Positions 58,292-64,000 of a stretch of 64,000 nt of DNA are shown here, in pieces. The stretch comes from Chloroflexota bacterium (GTDB taxonomy: Bacteria > Chloroflexota > UBA11872), in NCBI GenBank assembly GCA_022820025.1, contig JAJEGF010000038.1:72827-136826 (forward strand). The letters run 5' to 3'. Under the pieces are notes generated by a model. The model had not been told where the DNA came from. It made no database searches and saw only the letters and a list, made by a program, of their open reading frames with translations. Each line of letters starts with the position of its first letter. Positions within the stretch are counted from its first letter, which is position 1. The translations under genes were made by a program, and so were the position numbers.

Positions 58292-58650
58292 TCGATCAAC
58301 CCTTCCTTTCGCAGTTCCTCCAAATGCTCGTCGTAGAGGCCATCGGCCAGCGGCACGAACACCTCATAAAACCTGTCGTTGCCCGTCTTGTCTCCGCCAA
58401 TGAGCAAAATGGACGTGCGCCTGGGGTCGAAGGCATAGAAGACCCGGATGGGCCTGCCTCGGCTCTGAACTCGGAGCTCGCGCAGTACTCGGTGTCGCGA
58501 GCCTCTGATGCCCGAGGAGTAGGGATAGGGCAGGTTTGGGCCATGCTCCATCAGCAGTTCGACTCGGGCGGCCACCGCCTCCTGCTGACCCTCCGAGAGT
58601 TCCAACCACCATTCCCCAAACTCGTCCGTGTACTCGACCTCGCAAGGCAT
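58288..58650 (-). CDS. HigB/RelE-family toxin
   Basis: FGEWWLELSEGQQEAV...LRELRVQSRGRPIRVFYAFDPRRTSILLIGGDKTG; 4-bp overlap with the antitoxin. Confidence 0.75.
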   Translation of the reverse strand: MPCEVEYTDEFGEWWLELSEGQQEAVAARVELLMEHGPNLPYPYSSGIRGSRHRVLRELRVQSRGRPIRVFYAFDPRRTSILLIGGDKTGNDRFYEVFVPLADGLYDEHLEELRKEGLIE

Positions 58651-58886
58651 GGGCGAATGATATTCCACAAAAGGAATAAAGCGCAAGTGGGGGGTCGCGC
58701 TGGCGAAGGAGTGGTCTCCATTTCATCCCCCACTCACGTCCCGCTGCCCGTCGTCCGTTCCGGCGCCCCGGAAACCCGCCACGGTTCGCGCACCGGGTCA
58801 ATTGGCCGCGTAGAGCGCAGGCGCGGCCACACCCACCCCTGCGCCGTTACCATGACCCCCGACGAGACTCCCTGAATCCCCGCCCC

Positions 58887-60215
58887 ATGCTCGACACCCT
58901 CATGTCGGTCGACGAGGCGATCTTCACGCGCCGGACCTGCCGCAAGTTTCGGAAGGACCCGGTGTCGCCGGAGACCCTCACCAAGATCATCGACGCCGCG
59001 CGCTACGCGCCCAGCTCCTGCAACCTGCAGCTCTGGGACTTCGTGCTCGTCAACGACCCCGAGACCAAGGCCGAAGTCGCCGAAGAAACCCGTTACGTGC
59101 ACCTGGCCCCCGTCTCGCTCTTCGTCTCCTACGGCAACAACTACACCCGCGAGAACTACGCCTGGGTCCAGAGCGCCGCCGCCGCCATCCAGAACATGAT
59201 GCTCATGGCCCACAGCCTGGGCGTGGCCAGTTGCTGGGTGGACACCCTCGGCGATGTCGACCGCATCCGCCGCATCCTGGGGCTGCCGGCCGAGCGCGAA
59301 ATCCTGGCCCTGGTCCTCTTCGGCTACCCCGAACTCATCCCCAAGGCCCCCCGCCGCCGCGCCATCGACATCCTGCTGCACTACGACAAGTACAAGGGCC
59401 GCCTCAACTGGCCCAGCAGCGACGACCCCGAGGAATGGACGCTGGAACAAATCCGCGACTTCCAGATGGCCAAGATCCGCAACGGCGCCCGCTACAACAA
59501 ACCCGTGCCCTCCGAACGCGACGCCGTCCTGGAGGCGCTGGAGGATTTCGTGCACGTTCAGGAGGGCCGCTGGCTGGACGTTCTACCCCTCACCGGTCTC
59601 TACACCGAGGAGATCGCCTCCCGCTACCCCAAGGTGGATCTCACCTTCGCCGAGATGACCGACCAAGTCTTCGAATTCGTTCAGGACCGCGCCCCTCGCA
59701 CCCTCCGCCACGAGCTCTACCCCGACGCCTTCCACGAAGGCCCCGAGGGCTACGACGTCATGTCCCTGATCTTCCGCCTGGAAGGCTATCCGCGCGACGA
59801 GCGGCGGCAGTTCCTCACCACCATGCGCCGCCGCATCAACGACGACGGCCAGCTCTTCCTGGCCTTCGTCAACCGGCGCTCCTACCACCGCCCGCTGCGC
59901 TGGATGCGCGGCCGCATCGGCCACTCCGGCGTCGAATACGCCCTGGCGCCGGACCCCAGCCTCGGTCCCTTCAAGGCCGCCACGCCCGGTGAAATCCGCG
60001 CCGACCTCCACGCCACCGGCTGGCGCGTGCGTGACCGCCGACACTTCTTCGCCGTCCCCCCGGGCGACGAAATCGAATTCCGCGCCGGCCGCAAAGGCCG
60101 CAAAGTCAAACTCGCCGGCCAGGCCCTCACCCGCATGAGCCGCCTGCTGCAACCGGTGGACCCGGTGCTCGGGCCGGTGGCGCGCATCCACGCCTGGGAC
60201 GTCGTACCTGCCTGA
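58887..60215 (+). CDS. Nitroreductase-domain protein fused to a ~260-aa C-terminal domain of unknown function
   Basis: FTRRTCRKF..IIDAARYAPSSCNLQLWDFVLV nitroreductase N-terminal half. Confidence 0.7.
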   Translation: MLDTLMSVDEAIFTRRTCRKFRKDPVSPETLTKIIDAARYAPSSCNLQLWDFVLVNDPETKAEVAEETRYVHLAPVSLFVSYGNNYTRENYAWVQSAAAAIQNMMLMAHSLGVASCWVDTLGDVDRIRRILGLPAEREILALVLFGYPELIPKAPRRRAIDILLHYDKYKGRLNWPSSDDPEEWTLEQIRDFQMAKIRNGARYNKPVPSERDAVLEALEDFVHVQEGRWLDVLPLTGLYTEEIASRYPKVDLTFAEMTDQVFEFVQDRAPRTLRHELYPDAFHEGPEGYDVMSLIFRLEGYPRDERRQFLTTMRRRINDDGQLFLAFVNRRSYHRPLRWMRGRIGHSGVEYALAPDPSLGPFKAATPGEIRADLHATGWRVRDRRHFFAVPPGDEIEFRAGRKGRKVKLAGQALTRMSRLLQPVDPVLGPVARIHAWDVVPA

Positions 60216-60225
60216 GAAGGCTCGG

Positions 60226-62223
60226 CTACGTCGGGGTGCGAACCCGGTAGATCACGGCCGCGCCGGACGCATCCCGATGGGCTTCCTCGAAGCGCCCGTC
60301 CGCCAGCTTCTCCTCAAGCGCGACTGCCTGGGCCTCCGTGAGCCTGGCCGGATCGACCAGCACATAGCGAATGTCGAGCACCCGGAGTTCCTTGTCGGCC
60401 AGGAGTTGCTGTGCGCGTCCGTAGGCGTGCCGGTACCGGTCCACCTGCGAGAGCGAGTGATAGCCATACGGGACGAACTGGCCGGTTTGAGCTGCGATGT
60501 CCAGCGTGATTCCGGGCGCACCGCGGTTAAACAGGTCCACGGTGGTCTGCGCGCCGTGCACGGCCAGCAGTCGCTCCTGCACCTCGGTTTCCCGCAAGAG
60601 GAAGTCACGTGCGCCGGGCGGTAGCCGGTCCACCGTCACGGGCGGCTGTCCCACCATGCGCGGCCAGGCCATGGCCGATAACACGAACGCCCCGCACAGA
60701 ACGCCCACCGCCAAGAGCGCGGCGCCGCCGGCCAACCTCCGGCGCCGGCCGGCGGCCGGAAGCGCCTCGGCGCCCAGGATGGCCAGCGCGGGGACGGCCA
60801 GGGTGAACCCGGTCTGCGCCAGCCGATTCAGATTCGGCGCGGACTCTTCCGCCCGGAAGGCCACCGCCACGGCCACGTTCATCGCGGCGATCAGCAGCCA
60901 GGGCGTGGCGTCGCCCGCCCCGCGCCGATAGGCGATCCACCACAGCGCGACGGCCAGCAGCCAGAACAGCAGCCCGCCGTCGACCAGGAACTCGGCGCTC
61001 AGGATGGGGGTGTCGTGCCGTCCCTGCACGGGCCACGTCACCCACGGGCCCGAGCTATTGAACCCCCAACTGGGCAGGCGGCCGAAATGCGCGCTGTTTG
61101 GCGCCAGTTCAAGGCGTCCCAGGTCGGGGTCGTCGCCAAACGTCCCGGCCAGGACGCCGCTGGTGGTCTGGGCCAGCAGCAGAGCCAGAACGGTGACGGC
61201 CGCCAGCACGGCCGAGGCGGCCAGCGCCTGTCGCGGCCGCAAGGGACGCCGCACCCAGAACCACAGGCCCAGCCCGGCCGGCACGGTCAGCATCAGGAAT
61301 TCATTGCTGGGCGCCAGGTAGACGAAAGCCGCCGCCGCGATCACCCACGCCGCGCGTGAAGGCGGCTGCCAGGTCCGTCTGACGGCCGCGATGGCGACAA
61401 TCGCCGGGATCAAGCCATGCAGGGCGGTGATGTTGTGCGTGGCCATGGCAAAGGGACCGCCCAGGAACAGTCCGCTCCACGCAATCGTCTCGGGCGCCTC
61501 CACGATCACGCCCAGCACGTCGCCCAGCCCCCGCTCCCGAATCGCTGCCGGCGTCAGCAGCCAGTACAGCGGCCCCCAGGCGTACGCCACGCCCGCGCCG
61601 CCCAGCGCCCATCCCGGACCAATCCGGCCGGCCAGCGCCCCGTACAGCGTCAGCACCAGGACGACGGCAGTTGATGCCACCAGGTGCGGCATCAGTGCCG
61701 GCGTCAGCACGTCCAGCAGGTCCACCGCGCCCGCGCCCAGCGTGTGCAGCGCGACGCGGTACTGGAGCGCGTAGTCCGGCTCGAACGGGTTGACCACCGG
61801 GAAATTGCCGCGGGCGATCCCGGCCACCAGCCCACTGTGCATGTACAGCGTGCCCGCATCCGCGCGTCCCACGGTTCCCTCCGCCCAGAAGGCGAGAGCG
61901 GAGAGATAGGCCAGCAGGCCGGCGACCGTGACGCCGGCGATCGTGAGGCGGCGGTCCCGACGCGGTTCGGGCGCCGGCAATCGCCGCAGGGCCAGCGCGC
62001 CAAGCGCGCACAAGACACCCGCCACCAGCAGCGCGCTGCCAACGGGCATGACTCGCGGCAACCAGAGCAGCGGCAGTCCCAGCGCCACCAACCCGACCCC
62101 GCTGCCCAGGGAGGCGCGACTCAGCCGCGTGGGCGCCGCCAACACGCTGGCCGCCAGGCGATATCCCAGCGCGCCAGCGGCGGCGAGACTCAAGATCAGC
62201 GCGATCAGACCGAGCCACATCAT
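60226..62223 (-). CDS. Polytopic membrane protein, putative GT-C-type glycosyltransferase
   Basis: 665 aa with 12 or more predicted TM segments and a C-terminal soluble domain. The functional call is by context only (divergent from a GT2 polyprenyl-phosphate glycosyltransferase). Confidence 0.5.
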   Translation of the reverse strand: MMWLGLIALILSLAAAGALGYRLAASVLAAPTRLSRASLGSGVGLVALGLPLLWLPRVMPVGSALLVAGVLCALGALALRRLPAPEPRRDRRLTIAGVTVAGLLAYLSALAFWAEGTVGRADAGTLYMHSGLVAGIARGNFPVVNPFEPDYALQYRVALHTLGAGAVDLLDVLTPALMPHLVASTAVVLVLTLYGALAGRIGPGWALGGAGVAYAWGPLYWLLTPAAIRERGLGDVLGVIVEAPETIAWSGLFLGGPFAMATHNITALHGLIPAIVAIAAVRRTWQPPSRAAWVIAAAAFVYLAPSNEFLMLTVPAGLGLWFWVRRPLRPRQALAASAVLAAVTVLALLLAQTTSGVLAGTFGDDPDLGRLELAPNSAHFGRLPSWGFNSSGPWVTWPVQGRHDTPILSAEFLVDGGLLFWLLAVALWWIAYRRGAGDATPWLLIAAMNVAVAVAFRAEESAPNLNRLAQTGFTLAVPALAILGAEALPAAGRRRRLAGGAALLAVGVLCGAFVLSAMAWPRMVGQPPVTVDRLPPGARDFLLRETEVQERLLAVHGAQTTVDLFNRGAPGITLDIAAQTGQFVPYGYHSLSQVDRYRHAYGRAQQLLADKELRVLDIRYVLVDPARLTEAQAVALEEKLADGRFEEAHRDASGAAVIYRVRTPT

Positions 62224-62386
62224 GACCCGCGAGTGTGGCGAGGGCGCCCGCGGTCCGCAATGGGCGGCAAATGCTCGCCTAAACTGCGCAGGTTCGTGGC
62301 GCTGACGGCGTGGCGCGGCCGGAGATTGGCAGGACCTCGCGGTCGTAGACCCGCTAACGGTTGAAGGGCGCCGTCACGCAATCGAA

Positions 62387-63136
62387 ATGGCCTCCATGCT
62401 TCTAACCATTGTGGTGCCGGCCTACAACGAGGCCGAGCGCCTGGCACGCTCGCTGCCGCGAATCCTCGCGTGGTTGTCGACGCTTCCCGGCGGCGGGCGA
62501 ATCCTGGTCGTTGACGACGGCAGCACCGACGCCACGGGTGACGCGGTGCGCGCGCAGATGCCAGCCCACCCGAACCTGGATCTCATCACGCTGTCGCGAC
62601 AGAGCGGCAAGGGCGCCGCGGTGCGGGCGGGCATGCTGGCCGCCTCGACAGAACTGGTCGGGTTTATGGACGCCGACCTTTCAACCGACCTCCAGCATGT
62701 GCCTGAGGCGGTGGCCGGCCTCCAGGACGGCGCAGATGTCGTCATTGGTTCAAGAGCGCTACGCCGTAGCCAGACCGTCATGCGGCAGCCCGCCTATCGA
62801 CGGGCCGGCGCGCGGGTATTCCGCGAGCTGGCTCGTCAGGTCGGTGGGCTGCCCGGTACGCCCGACTCGCAATGCGGGTTCAAGTTCTTTCGCGGCTCCG
62901 TGGCGCATGATCTCTTTGGCGCAACCGTGGTCGAACGTTGGATGTTTGACCTGGAAGTCCTCCGGCTCGCCAGGCACAGGACGTACATCGTCCACCAACT
63001 CCCCGTTGAGTGGACGAATGACCCCGATTCACGTCTGCGTGTGACGGTGGACACGCTGCGCATGCTGCGTGACCTGGCGCGAATCCGCTGGCGCTTTCTC
63101 AACGGGCGCTACGGTCCGCCCGGACGACCCGACTAG
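62387..63136 (+). CDS. GT2 glycosyltransferase, polyprenyl-phosphate (dolichyl/undecaprenyl-phosphate) sugar synthase-like
   Basis: VVPAYNE, DDGSTD, DADLS, QCGFKFF motifs. Confidence 0.8.
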   Translation: MASMLLTIVVPAYNEAERLARSLPRILAWLSTLPGGGRILVVDDGSTDATGDAVRAQMPAHPNLDLITLSRQSGKGAAVRAGMLAASTELVGFMDADLSTDLQHVPEAVAGLQDGADVVIGSRALRRSQTVMRQPAYRRAGARVFRELARQVGGLPGTPDSQCGFKFFRGSVAHDLFGATVVERWMFDLEVLRLARHRTYIVHQLPVEWTNDPDSRLRVTVDTLRMLRDLARIRWRFLNGRYGPPGRPD

Positions 63137-63204
63137 GGCCAGCCCGTGCGTCCCGCCCGCCACCCAGCCCTCGCCGCCGCGACCGGCGGCACGGCCTAAC
63201 GGCC

Positions 63205-63891
63205 ATGGGCGACCTGATCACCGCCACGCGCGAGTTTCTGCTGGAGTTCCTGGAAGCCAACCAGTACCTGGCGCTGGCCATCTACGTCGGCGTGGAAGAG
63301 GCCGGCGTTCCGTTCCCCGTGCCGGCCGATACCGCGATTGTTCTCATGGGGTATCAGGTCTACCGCGGCGTGGCCAATCCAGTCGCGGTGGTGGCCACGG
63401 TCGTGGTCTCGGCCACGGCCGGCGCGTCCGTGCTCTATTGGCTGGCGCGGCTGATCGGACCGCGCCTCATCAACCGCTTCGGACGGGCGCTTCACATCAC
63501 GCCCGAGCGGCGTGAGCGCGCCGAGCGTTGGATTCACCGCTATGAAGTACCGGCGGTTGTCATCGGACGGCTGATACCCGGCTTTCGCATCGTCATCACC
63601 GTCGTGGCCGGTGCGGCCCGTGCCAGCTTCTGGAAGTTTCTGCCGTCGGCCGCCCTGTCCGCGTTGATCTGGGCGGTCATTTACATGGGCATCGGCTGGG
63701 GGCTGGGCGATCAGTACGAACGGGTGGCGTCGGCGGTTGAAGCCGATCCCCGCGTTGGGTTCGGCATCGTTCTGGCCGCCGTCGTCGTTGTCGGCGGCCT
63801 GGTGGCGTTCCGGTTTCGCCGGCGCCTGTTCAGACAGGTCCGGATACGCAAGCCCCGCCGGGACGACGATTCCTCGCCGCCCCAACTCTAG
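63205..63891 (+). CDS. DedA family (VTT domain) membrane protein
   Basis: AIYVGVEEAGVPFPVPADTAIVLMGY and GRLIPGFRIVITVVAGAARASFWKF. Confidence 0.8.
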   Translation: MGDLITATREFLLEFLEANQYLALAIYVGVEEAGVPFPVPADTAIVLMGYQVYRGVANPVAVVATVVVSATAGASVLYWLARLIGPRLINRFGRALHITPERRERAERWIHRYEVPAVVIGRLIPGFRIVITVVAGAARASFWKFLPSAALSALIWAVIYMGIGWGLGDQYERVASAVEADPRVGFGIVLAAVVVVGGLVAFRFRRRLFRQVRIRKPRRDDDSSPPQL

Positions 63892-64000
63892 GTCGTCGTT
63901 CGCTCAGCCTCCGTCAGGCGTCCGTTGCGGCCGACGACCCGCTTGATCAGGGTCAGCCAGCTCGACGACCCGTGGCCGCGCCAGTCCAGGTCGTCCTGCA

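Overview
High-GC (roughly 65-70%) bacterial chromosomal segment, probably from an actinobacterial- or Chloroflexi-like genome, read here as about 70 genes. It contains the replication-origin neighbourhood: dnaA, a phased cluster of TTATCCACA DnaA boxes between dnaA and an orphan parB, and a rhomboid protease. Around this are housekeeping and envelope genes: a class A PBP, a LysM/SH3 protein, PspC plus two 'toastrack' LiaF-like paralogs, DedA/TerC/GT2/GT-C membrane proteins, SbcCD, oxidoreductases, and hydrolases. A clearly accessory part follows. It holds a toxin-antitoxin hotspot next to sbcCD (vapBC with palindromic operators, a HicB-like orphan, an Xre antitoxin, and a HigA-type antidote fused to a degraded killer-gene remnant) and a second vapBC and a higBA pair. 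It also has tandemly duplicated BNR/Asp-box hydrolase genes plus a frameshifted third-copy fragment, an AAC(3)-type acetyltransferase, and a duplicated two-gene cassette of unknown function. A low-GC island at about 52.9-57.7 kb encodes two EEP-family nucleases, a divergently transcribed PD-(D/E)XK-like nuclease and an RCC1-repeat secreted protein; I treat it as the best candidate for an undescribed horizontally acquired (possibly defence) module. A family of dispersed 120-250 bp repeats with terminal inverted repeats (MITE/REP-like) sits in intergenic regions. At four or more loci, including both vapC genes, the conserved N-terminus of the protein begins at a CTG with no canonical start codon available, which points to CTG initiation or systematic errors. 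No rRNA, tRNA or CRISPR array could be supported from the sequence.
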